The notes: generated from the sequence alone by a model not told the origin. Counted from the first letter of the stretch, positions 48,954 through 60,240 are shown. The stretch is 64,000 nucleotides of DNA from Basidiobolus meristosporus CBS 931.73 (GCA_002104905.1 MCFE01000340.1:1-64000), one strand, 5' to 3'. Made by a program: numbers and translations.

Positions 48954-49339
48954 TGTGAGTACTCAATGTAGTACCCACTCTTTGCCCAAGAGTTCTCCCA
49001 AGAGTTCCCTCCAGAGTCCTACCCGAAGTCCTCCAGTACCCTCCCTATGATTCCCCCACGCGTCCTCCCCTCCTATCCCTGCCCTTATCTAGTTAGAACA
49101 CTTACCATAACAGGAAGGTGTTCACACCCCTATTTTATAACACATTGTCTATTGTCTAAGCCCCCCAAGTGATATATATATCTACCCAATTGAACCAGGA
49201 AGAACAACGAGATTTGGACAAAATAAACAGAAGTCTTTATTACCTTGCTACCTTCTATCGGAAGCTATTCTGAACCAAGTGGTACTGACTTGACCTACAA
49301 GCTCTCCCACTCACCAAGTACAGTCAGTAATAACCCACA
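48954..49339 (+). repeat. 5' LTR of the young Ty3, 386 bp
   Basis: TGTGAGTA...AACCCACA; identical to 55343-55728 except cccgaag/cccaaag, aacgag/aacaag and ataaac/ataagc. Contains degenerate ~12-bp tandem units near its start. Confidence 0.97.
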
Positions 49340-49342
49340 TAT

Positions 49343-49351
49343 TTGGTGCCG
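49343..49351 (+). other. Primer-binding site TGGTGCCGT (complementary to a tRNA ending ...ACGGCA-CCA, tRNA-His-like)
   Basis: Lies 3 bp after the 5' LTR. The tRNA identity is inferred from known tRNA-His acceptor stems, not from this genome. Confidence 0.55.
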
Positions 49352-49380
49352 TCTCTGCGGAAATAAGCACAAGTGAGGTA

Positions 49381-50253
49381 ATGACTACTACAATCAAACT
49401 AAAAACATACAAGGGAAAGAGAGAGAAAGCCCTTGAGTGGTTTGATAAGTTTGAGAGAGTTGCGGTTGATGCAGGATGGGACGACGATAAGAAAGTAAGA
49501 GAGTTCGCAAGACATATGGAAGGGTCAGCATGGCGATGGCATTATGGGTTGGAAGACGCAGTCAAAGACGACTGGGATGCACTAGAAGAAGCCTACAAGA
49601 CACGCTTTCTATATGCCGAAGGATACCACTACGAAGCCCTTCTACTGTCCTCGCGGAAGAAAAGCAGTGAAAGCTATGAAGCCTACACTGAACTGTTTCT
49701 CCAACGAGTTTGATGTCTCCCAAAGGACAAAATCGCCAAACGACAGCTCATGAGGTATTACATCATGGGCTTAGACGACGAAATAAGACGTAGGGCGTCC
49801 GAAGAACAACAGGGATGTAAAACGTTGCAAGAGTTGGTCGAACAAGTACGAGGGGTCATCTTGCTATGGGGGCTACCCTATAGTGATACGAATGATTGAA
49901 GGACAGGTATCCCCCGTAAGAAAGGAAAAATTGCCTCCCCGAAAGACCGTCAGTTAGAGGAATTACGGCGAAAGGTCCAAGAACTCTCAATCAACAATGT
50001 CCAAGAAGTCCCCAAAGAAGGTGATAAACTCTGGGAAGCTGTCGTAGATCTAAAGGCCCAGGTTCAAGTCCTGACCCAACAGATGGAACAACCGCGACGA
50101 CAGTATCCGTGTTATGTGTGTGGAGAAGTAGGTCACCGGGCCCATGAATGTGAAAAACGGTACGGAAGAGAAGCCGTACCGGACACAAAAGAGAAGAAGG
50201 CGTCAAAAGACAGAGTCCCTCGCCAGGAGGCCAACGGGACTCAGTCAATCTAA
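49381..50253 (+). pseudogene. Ty3 gag with two in-frame TGA codons (49711, 49897)
   Basis: EWFDKFERVAVDAGWDDDKKV...MEGSAWRWH (retrotransposon gag) and CYVCGEVGHRAHEC knuckle. The frame is otherwise open to TAA at 50251. Confidence 0.9.
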
Positions 50254-50276
50254 GCCCTCCGGTCAGGACAATCGAA

Positions 50277-53200
50277 GTGCGGAAGAAGAAGCATCGACAT
50301 GATGCTTCTAGAGAGGAGGCAAAGGAACCTGTAGTAGAGGTTCTGTCAAAAGGAAAGAGCGCGGAATTAGGTGAAGAAGTACGGAATGAACCTTGGGAAG
50401 AAGTATTAAAGCGAACAAAGAACGCTAGCACATCTTCCCATGGCCTATTCCCCATAATGAAGGTACTAGAGCAAACCAAGGCAACCCTCCCAATAACCAA
50501 TTTACTAGGACTGGCCCCGGCTCTAGTCAAGGAACGGATAGAGGGATTGAAGGAGATAACAACCCTCCATGTCAACCAGACGGTCCTGCAAAAACCAAAT
50601 AAAGGTACATACGTAAAGGTACGTATAGAGAATAAGGAGATTCTCGCCCTTATTGACACAGGATCCTCTACGTTGATCATGTCAGAGTCATTAGCAAAAC
50701 GTCTAAAACTAAATATAGTCCCCAACGACACCATTTGAGTACGGCTAGCAAATGACCAACTGGATACAACGGTAGGTGTGGTGCCTAATTGCCCCATTTG
50801 GCTAGGTAACTTGATAATACGCCAAGATGTTGTGGTCCTACCCGTCGCAGCCAACAACTTACTCATTGGCAAGAGTTGGTTTATCCAACATAAGATGGAT
50901 ATACTTTACAGTGCATCTGAACTCAGGTGGGATACCGAGAGTATCCCACTGATTCATATCACCGATGAGAGCGAGGCGCGTAGCAACAGTGTGACAATCG
51001 AAGAGGTGGAACCGTTGCAGTCTCCGATCATCACACAAAAGGTGATAAAAATACCACCCGCCAGTGAGACGGTGATCTCATTAGAAACACCAATAGCTTA
51101 TTCAACGAGCGGAAGAATGATAACCGCAGCAAAAGCATCCGAGCAACTGGAAGGAATCTCAATCCCTAAAGTATGGATACCACCGAAATTTGAAACGCAA
51201 AGCCTGAAATGCTTAGTGGTTAACAACGGGCAACACACGGTGACATTGCCTAGAGGAGTGCCATTGTTAAACTTAGAGGAAGTCGACGGAAACGACCAAG
51301 GACCACCTTCAAACGAAGAACCAGAAGAAGAACTCCCCAAACTAGATGTGGACCCCGGTCTACCGCCTACGTTACGAGACAAATTCCTAGAAGGAATACA
51401 TCCGCTTGCCCGAGTATTCTCTAAGAACCAAGTAATTGGTCATATACCTGGGGTATATCACCAAATCCACCTTGCCGACAAATACCCCATCAAGCAAAAA
51501 GCCTATAGGAATTCGAAAATTGACACAGACTATATCAAAGAGACGATTGAAACTTTATTAAAAGACGACATCATTACAGAGAGCCAGTCTCTGTGGGCCT
51601 CCCGCGTAGTGATAGTCCCAAAGAAAGACGGAAAGCAACGCTTTTGCATCGACTACCGGAAATTGAACGCCGTCACCCGGAAGGACGTGTATCCGCTACC
51701 GCAAATAGACGACCTCTTGGACAGATTAATCGGAGCTAAATATTTTAGCTCTCTTGACTTAATCTCCGGGTATTGGCAAGTAGAAGTAGCCCCGGAAGAT
51801 CGACCCAAAACCGCTTTTATAACATTGTTTGGATTATACGAATGGAACCGACTACCCTTTGGCTTGTGCAATGCCCCCGCTACATTCCAAAGGATGATCA
51901 ACAAGGTGCTAGGAAATCTACGATGGGAATGCGCTCTTGTGTATCTGGACGACATCACGATATATTCACCCAATGTAGAAGAACATATACACGACGTGCA
52001 ACGTATCCTGACAGCCCTCCTCAAGAACCAACTCAAACTACATCCCAAGAAGTGCCATTTCCTGTATACAAAATTGTTGTTCCTGGGCCACGAGATCTCG
52101 GCAGATGGAATATACCCATCTACGTCACTCCTGAAAGCCGTTCAAAATGCACCTGCACCAAAGGACATTAATGCAGTGTTGGGATTCCTAGGATTAGCCG
52201 GCTACTATCACCGCTTTGTCAAAAACTTTGCGACGATAGCAGCCCCCCTATACGAATTGACGCAAAAGGGCCAGTGTTTTGTATGGTCGGAGCCTCAAAA
52301 GAGAGCATTCGATCAGCTGAAACATTCCCTGACGTCACCGCCAGTGTTACGATTTCCCAATTGGGATACGAGATTTTTTATTAACTGTGATGGAAGCCTC
52401 ACCGGTATAGGCGCCGTACTGGGACAATACCACCAACCCGGCAAATTCCACCCGATTGGTTACGTGAGCTGTTTGCTAAACAAACACAAACGCCACTACC
52501 CCGTTACCGAGATAGAATGTCTGGCTGTTGTTTATTCAATTAAACAATTCCATACATACATACATGGTCGCCAATTCACGATAGTAACGGACCACAGCGC
52601 ACTGGTCTGGCTGATGAAAACTAAAGACTTTACTGGCCAATTAGCACGTTGGGCCCTACGACTACAGCAATACGACTTTGAAATAATTCACTGCGCTGGC
52701 AAGAAACACCAGGACGCAGACTTCCTCAGTCGCTATCCCGTTTGCCAAATACGTGTCAGTGATGAGTACGAGGACGTAATCTGCTTTAAAAAGAAAGGGA
52801 GGTATCCCGAACACGTTGTTACAAACAAACAGAAGAGAGAATTTCAAAGGAAATGGTGTCAGTACAAAGTACAAGAAAATCGACTATGGTTCCTCCAAGG
52901 ACAGTCCAGAGCCGAGGTACCCCCACTAGCAGCCCGTGAAGAAATCATACGAGAAAGACATATGTCATTAGGACACGCTAACCCCCTAACGACCTATAAG
53001 ATGTTAAGAAAAACGTTTTATTGGCAAAAAATGATGACCAACGTTACGAATACGTTACGAAGATGCACCACTTGCGAAAGATTCAACCAGAGTCAGAAGA
53101 TAGGGACAACCGCACCAATACCGGTTGACCTGCCCTTCCACCAAGTAGGGATTGACTTTGTTGGCCCCTTTATGAAAACAAAGAAAGGAGAACGATACAT

Positions 53201-53997
53201 AATAATTGCTACAGATTATTTCTCAAAGTGGGTAGAAGCCCAAGCCGTCCGCAATAAAGATCAGAAGACAACCGCCCGATTCATTCTAGAACACCTCATC
53301 TGCCGACACGGATATCCTCAGATACTCCTGTCCAACAATGGTGGTTCCTTCCTGAACAGACACCGTGGCCCACCTGTGCAAAATGATGGGCGTGAAACAA
53401 GTCTTCACGGCCGCGTATCACCCCCAGACTAACGGATTAACCGAGAGGATGAACCAGACGTGTTGCCGCATACTGGAGAAGCTTCACTGGGAACTTCCCC
53501 AATCATGGGCCAAGCTGCTCCCACTGACACTCCTAGCAATGCGCACCACACCAAATAAAACGACGGGTTTCTCCCCATATGAAATCCTATATGGACGAAG
53601 ACCCAAGTGGCAGGAGGAAGCTGGATTAACGATGGAAGGTGTCCCCCTGACGACACATAACGACTATATAGAAAGGTTGATACACCGTATCGCCCACCTA
53701 TACATAAAAGTATTCGAAAATGTCGACAAGCACCTTCCCCCTCCACCCAAAAATGAGAAACTAACGAGACAAAAGTGGAAACCAGGCGATAAGGTGTGGT
53801 ACAACCAAACCGTTGCAGGCCTCAAGTTCCGCCCACGATTTACACCCCAATGGATTGGCCCATGCACCGTTATCAGTTCGGACCACGGACCAAAGTACAC
53901 CATCACCCTGAATAATAAGACAATCAGCAACGTAGCGCCAGCCCATCTGAAACCGTTTCATGATGATCCACCAATCATCACTGAGACCAAAGTGTGA
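50277..53997 (+). pseudogene. Ty3 pol (PR, dUTPase-like relic, RT, RNase H, IN) with TGA at 50736, a frameshift near 53360 and a mutated integrase catalytic Asp
   Basis: Lies in the -1 frame relative to gag. Motifs ALIDTGSS, RFCIDYRKLN, FSSLDLISGYWQ, LPFGLCNAPATFQ, YLDD, CDGSLTGIGAVL, TDHSAL, VGIDFVGP, LSNNGGSF (for SDNG) and HPQTNGLTERMN. Confidence 0.93.
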
Positions 53998-54126
53998 TTA
54001 AACGATTATCAGGACAAGGATAGAGGAAGACACGGGATACATTCGAAGTTTATTAGAGGAGATTTTAGTCGATATAGGTACAAATAATATGCGCAAGGGA
54101 GTTCGCCCAAAGGGGAGAACAAAAGA

Positions 54127-55298
54127 ATGCATATGGAAAGCGCCAAAGGAAACAGTTCACCCGAAACTGGCGATACCCCTCCCACTAGCGAGAACCAAGA
54201 TGATATTGAAAACAAAACCGACCTGCAAGTGTTAAGAGATATGGTACGAGCGTTACGTACGACAAGAGCCACCTATGAAGAGTTGTTTGCCGGAGCAGTC
54301 ACGCTAATACAAGACACAATCAGAGAGGGACGAGACAAGTTACCCACGCCGATACGAAGCATGGAGATACTACCCAAGAAGACCGTGTACCACCTAAGAG
54401 GAGGTTCCTTGATCATTAAGGAGAAGGACGCCGCGCTGATTCCCGTATCCATACTGGACACAGTCAGACAGAAGACACAAGGAATCAACTGTCGCGCCCT
54501 CACGAGACCTCGAGAGCCCCCCTGTTTTGTTGCATACTTGCCATTAATAGGTACCACGGTTGTTGAGGTATACGCAGACCTGGTACGAGCTGCAAGAGCA
54601 CCAGAAGTAGAACTCCCGATCGAAGGACTCCTCCGAGAAATTTGCGAACATCTCGAACCACATTTCCAAGAAGGAACCATCTTAGAGAAGATACGCGAAC
54701 GGATTAAATACACCGGCCAGTTAACCCATGCGATCCACCGAGTTGCTGTGTTACAACTATTACAGTGGTTTACCATAGGACAACTCAGGAATCAGTACAA
54801 AGTCCAACTCCAAGAAGCCGAAAGAAACCGCCGCGGATTCTGTAGAAACCATGAGGCGAGTACGAAAGCGCCTCGATCGCGCCACAGTTTCTACGGAAGA
54901 ACTACAATACATCTCGGAAGAAGCAAAAACTCGTTATTGACAACGGGAGACTGCCGACTGAGTGTACGCCCTCTTCAAAAGGTCCCCCGCCGTCATATTG
55001 AACACAAAAAGGACAAGCCCCGATAACGTTCGCAAGATAAAGAAGCAAGACTTTATTGCGCTATTGCACCTTTTCTCGTTCTCCGACCCTCCCAGAGGAA
55101 CTTACCCAGAACCCTATGGTTTGCCAACTATTTGGCTCTGTGGAAAACATCCCTCGAGCAACACAGGCCGCACCCCACTCTGCCGCCAAATGGTATCAGG
55201 TACTTGCCCGCAATCCCCTCGCAAGTGACAACCAGCAATGGTACTACGGTGACTCCCCATGCTCCGTAAACAAAATCAATCCTGGAGAAGCAAGTTAG
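54127..55298 (+). pseudogene. Additional ORF (ORF3) of the young Ty3, unknown function, about 390 codons when repaired
   Basis: A 299-aa ORF at 54127-55026. A +1 shift near 54840 gives VETMRRVRKRLDR...TRY*QRETAD*VYALFKRSP (TGA at 54938 and 54959), with a probable second shift near 55085 to a frame ending at 55298, just before the 3' LTR. Confidence 0.75.
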
Positions 55299-55342
55299 TC
55301 AAAGAACTTCGAGGACAAAGCTCCCACTTAACCCCCGGGATA

Positions 55343-55728
55343 TGTGAGTACTCAATGTAGTACCCACTCTTTGCCCAAGAGTTCTCCCAAGAGTTCCCTC
55401 CAGAGTCCTACCCAAAGTCCTCCAGTACCCTCCCTATGATTCCCCCACGCGTCCTCCCCTCCTATCCCTGCCCTTATCTAGTTAGAACACTTACCATAAC
55501 AGGAAGGTGTTCACACCCCTATTTTATAACACATTGTCTATTGTCTAAGCCCCCCAAGTGATATATATATCTACCCAATTGAACCAGGAAGAACAACAAG
55601 ATTTGGACAAAATAAGCAGAAGTCTTTATTACCTTGCTACCTTCTATCGGAAGCTATTCTGAACCAAGTGGTACTGACTTGACCTACAAGCTCTCCCACT
55701 CACCAAGTACAGTCAGTAATAACCCACA
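55343..55728 (+). repeat. 3' LTR of the young Ty3, 386 bp
   Basis: Near-identical direct repeat of 48954-49339. Confidence 0.97.
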
Positions 55729-57310
55729 CACTGTACAGTCTTTGACGCACAACAACAGTGCCCTAAGATAAAGCCCACCAGAAAACTATCACAGTGTGGG
55801 AGGGAGACAATGTGGTGTTTATACCAAACCCTAAAAATCAAAAGACATTGAAGATCTGTGAAGCCACTGAGTGCAATAATGAAGAGTGGGCCAATATTCA
55901 AGGGGCTGTCAGAAGTCTAGCATGCCATCACCTGCATACCATCAGGCTGGCATACCATGGGACCAGCATGAACTCAAGGCCAAGCTGAATGCACTTGACT
56001 TGTTCCATGTAGCATTATTCTGGACTCAAATGGGCAAACAGATTTTGGGCCAGCATTGGTGTGCTAAGAAAGTATCTTAAGAATAGCAGAAACTATCAAA
56101 GGCAGAAGAACAAGGGTGCCATGGCTAAAAACCAGCAGCTTCCTCAAGAGCCCATTAAAAGCAGGGTCAAAAGCTCCAGAAAAGTGTCAAAGAGGTATCA
56201 GGTAGCTGGAAGAGTGCCAATTAGGGACAAGCAGGCAGACATGGATGCACCAGCACAACATTTATCAAGGAAAAAGCATAATACCACTCAAGAAGCACCC
56301 AGTTAAAGTAGCAGTGAAGGACCTGGCAGTGATAAAAACCAGCCGCTTTTACAGGAGCTTGTCACAACTATGGTTGAGAGCTCAAAACAAGCAGAAAAGA
56401 AATGTCAGGTTGCCAGAAGAGTGCCAGCAAGGGACAAGCAGGCCAAAAGAGATGTGTCAGAGCAAAATTTATCAAGGAGAAAATGTAGTTCTTTACAAGA
56501 AGCACTGACACAGAGTAGGAGTGAAAGACCTGGCAGTGATAAAGAAAAAGGTAAAGGGAGAAATGTCTACCAATAGACAAGGCTACAATGTCAAGAGCTA
56601 AAAAGACTATCACAATGCCTTTGGTGGAATTTTAGAACATTAGTATGCACACCAAGAGGTTGCAGCACTTCTTCAAGAGCAGTGCTCAAGGAAATGCACT
56701 TGAAATATTGTAACAACTTATTGCTAAGACTGGCAGATGAGGTGCTAGACCTTGCTGTGCTGGCTGCAGATCTGGATGTATGGGAACCAGTGAATATACA
56801 GTGGCGTAAAGCCCTAGGGTTCTGGCCAAAGTTGTTGAAGCAGAGTGTTACAGCAGAAATGCATATTGAGTGGTGGATTTCAATGGAGTTACTTTTGAGT
56901 GGTGGATTTTAATAGAGTTACTTGTTGAGTGTGAGGCTGGACTTAATGTTACTGCAGGGTATAGGGACTTGTATAGGTCAATACAATTGGCAATTGAGGT
57001 ACAATTGAAGTTTCAATGGAAAAAAATTGATTTGTAAGCATGAAAAGTAACATAAATGGTTGAGTCTGGAAGTAAGGAGTGTGAAAAAGAGGCAATAGCC
57101 AATCAATGCACACAAATGTAGGAGGTGATAGAGTGTCTGGGATCAGAAAGTGAGCAAACTGGCAGGGAACTAATCAAAAGCCACTTATACATTGTTGTGA
57201 TGAAAAATTTTGACTAAGTTTTCTGTGAAATCTGGGGTGCAATAATTTTTCAATGGTCTCTGGACAGTGTCCTGACAGGATCAATACCTCTTAGTCACAG
57301 GACTTTAACT
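55729..57310 (+). repeat. Family C repeat copy, 5'-truncated at the Ty3 LTR
   Basis: VFIPNPKNQKTLKICEATECNNEEWANI, GIPWDQHELKAKLNALDL, MLRKYLKNSRNYQRQK, two internal repeat units and DLDVWEPVNIQWRKALG. Ends at gtcctgac...gtcacaggac. Confidence 0.85.
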
Positions 57311-57650
57311 TGGCAACCAGTAGCAATAAGTCCTCAAGCTCCCATCACTGATATTGATGGAAGAACACCACTTTACTAGCCACAACATTGCATCATTCAC
57401 CAGTAAATGGATCACTGGGCTGACATGGCTCTATAAAGTATCCTTGGTATTTTTTAACTAGTGTGGTCTCATTGTATACTAGGATTTTGGGGGGCTTGAG
57501 AGGGGCCTGTGTGATGGGACTTAAAGTCACAATCTATCAGTGATCCTTCTATCTCAGAGCTATCATTGTATACTCCGTATTCAGAAGGCTAAGGTGGGCC
57601 AAAAGGTGTCACAAACTCACCTGACTCAGCTAGTTTAAGGTGACAAGTAT
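57305..57650 (-). pseudogene. Inverted fragment homologous to the N-terminal region of the CACTA-like transposase at 15650-15970
   Basis: The reverse complement matches 15648-15965 (gagtcaggtgagtttgtg.cacctt; ccaaggatact.tat.gagc; tactggtga; atatcagt.atggg.gct..gagga). Confidence 0.75.
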
Positions 57651-58094
57651 AGCTAGGTACTGTCATAGAAGTATCAAGAGTCTGGCAAGATATTGTTGGT
57701 ACAATAGTGACTGATGGATGCTCAAATATGACTTATGTGGCAAAACACTGGCCATGATCCTTGTGATACCTCCTATCTCATCTGCATGCTTAATGGCTGA
57801 GAGGCTTGTTAAAATAGCTACATGGGCTTTCTTCTCTGCTATTACAGTGTTAAATCAAGGTAGTCTGGTCCATGAAGCAAGCAGCCTGATACTCAACAAC
57901 ATAATACTACTATGGCACCTTCTGGGTAATACTGGTATGAACTTAATGCAGTCCTGCATTTGAGACATTAAGCCTGCAAGAATGTAAGATTTGATGATGA
58001 CCCATCAATACAAGCTTAATTAATAAAGCGGTGGCACCTCATACATACATATATTTAACACTATTCCCATATAGCTTGACTCACTTCCACATGT

Positions 58095-60240
58095 ATGCTG
58101 CCAAATAAAAACAAAGTTGTCTGGTTCCTAACCAAGCTGCACTGCAGACAGCAGCAGAAGAATGGTTGGACAACAGCTTGCTCTGACATACTCTGCAACA
58201 AGTGGGGCTACATCCACAAAGGACATGTTAATAGTGTGCCCACTGAAGGTAATACTGTGGACTCCTCAAGCTCTCAGTCAAATAGTCAATTAAGAATCTC
58301 TGCCCTGCTGCAAGCTAATCATTATGCTCAGGCAGATAAAAATTCAGCAAATGCAGTACCTTTGGTGGAACACCAGCAAATGACTGTCATAACATCTCCA
58401 CCACCAGTAGTAGTAAACTTGTTGCCAGCTCATACCAAAGCATCAATGAACCAATCAGGTGCAGTGGCTGATAGGATAGATGCAATGGCCTAGAAAAATC
58501 CATAAATAGTCCAGAGACAGGATGAGCAGTTAATACATGTAGAACAGTCAATACCTCAGGTAAAGAACACAGTCACTTTGTTGCAAAGAAGGAACATAAG
58601 TGGCTCAATGTCACAGACCAAATTGAGCCATTTCCTTAACTTTGCAGCAGAGCAATAACATAAAGTGTTTGAAGCACAACAACTGCGCCCAAAGAACAGC
58701 CCACTGAGCAATCCATCACATCATTGCAGGGAGAGACTCCAATATATATACCCAAGCCAAAAAATCCAGAGACACTGAAGATTTGTGAAGCTGCTGAGTG
58801 TAATGATGAAGTGTGGGCTAATATGAAGAAGCCGCAAGAATTCTAGCACAGCGTCACCTTAAGGCTGGGATACCATGGGACCAACAGGAACTGAAAGGCA
58901 GGCTGAATGTGCTTGATCTGTTTCATGAGCATTATCCTGGATTCAAGCAAGCAAACAGATTTTGGGCTAGCATTGGTATGGTATGAAAGTATCTCAAGAA
59001 TAGCAGAAACTATCAAAGGCAGAAGAACAAGGGTGTTATGGATAAAAATCAGCAGCTTTCTCAAGAGCTTGTCACAAGCAGGGCTGCAAGCACCAAATAA
59101 GTGGCAAAGAAATGTCAGGAAGCCAGAGGAGTGCTGGTAAGGGACAAGCAGGAAGATATAGATGTGCCAGTACCACATATATCAAGGAGAAAAAATAGTA
59201 CTACACAAGCAGCACTTGGTCAGAGTAGGAGTGAAAGACCTGCCAGTGATAAAGGCAAAGGTAAAGGGGAAAGAGCCTACCCAATTTAGAAACAAGGAAG
59301 CACAAGAAAAAAGCTGCAGTTCTCACCAATTAATGCTGCCAGCCTGGAACATGCTGAATCTCATAATAGCCAAGTGGAACTACCAAGAAAGCAACAGCTA
59401 TTGCAAAATGGTGGGAAGCATAGCCAGTCAAGTTGAACTTCAGTGATGTAGATGAGTTTGCAGAGAAAGGCAATTTGTTGACCACAGCCTGCATATCCTC
59501 CATTTTGGATTGAGTGGAGATCCCACTGACTGACAAAGCAATAATACCAAGAGCTCAAAAGACTACTGCAATGCCTACAGTGGAGTTTTAGAGCATCAAT
59601 TGGCACACCAAGAGGTTGCAGCACTTCTTCATGAGCAATGCCCAAGAATACACACATGAATATTGTAGGGATTTATTGTAATGACTGGCAGATGAGATTC
59701 CAGACCTTGCAGTGCCAGCTAAAGACCAGGATGTATGGGAACCAGTGAGTGAACAATGGCTTAAAGCCATAGGGTTTCTGCCAAAGTCATAGAACAAGAG
59801 TGCTATAGAAGAAATACTTATTTAATGGTGGACTTTAATGGAGTTACTTGTTGAGTGTGGGGTTGGACTTAATGTTAGTGTTGGGTATAGGGACTTGTAT
59901 AGGTCAGTACAATTGGCCATTGAGCTACAACTGAAGTTTTAACACAAATAAACCTATTCATATGCATGAAAAGTAAGTGCATAGGTTGAGTCAGGAAGTA
60001 ATGAGTGCAAAGAAGAGACACTAGCCAATCAATGTACACAAATGTAGGGGGTGATTGAGTGTCTGGGATCAGAAAGTGAGAGAATTGGCATAGAACCAAT
60101 CAAAAGCCACTTATGTATTGTTGTGATGAAATTTTTTAACCAAGTTTTCTATGAAATCTGGGGGTTGACTTTTTTAATGGTCTTTGTGTGGTGACCTGAT
60201 GGGATCAATATCCCTTAGTCATAGGATGTTAATTTTGAGA
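58095..60240 (+). repeat. Longest family C copy, including the 5' part of its decayed ORF
   Basis: A 132-aa ORF at 58095-58493, then LAQRHLKAGIPWDQQELKGRLNVLDL...KYLKNSRNYQRQK, a single internal repeat unit and DQDVWEPV. Shares its 3' boundary with the other copies. Confidence 0.8.

Larger units (their letters stand above)
48954..55728 (+). mobile_element. Young non-chromoviral Ty3/gypsy LTR retrotransposon (6775 bp) with gag, pol and an additional downstream ORF; inactivated
   Basis: Two 386-bp LTRs differ at 3 positions. PBS TGGTGCCGT at 49343. Domains: gag with CCHC knuckle, PR (ALIDTGS), RT (YLDD), RNase H, integrase with GPF/Y-like motif. The flanks CAAAG and CACTG do not form a TSD. 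Confidence 0.97.

Noticed and set aside
54127-55298. Calling Ty3 ORF3 an env gene
   Set aside because: No signal peptide, transmembrane anchor or furin-type cleavage site is evident; only its position is env-like.
43830-60240. Family C or LTR-internal repeats as a CRISPR array, satellite or telomeric repeat
   Set aside because: Copies are long, dispersed, diverged and coding-derived, with no constant short repeat and unique spacer pattern.
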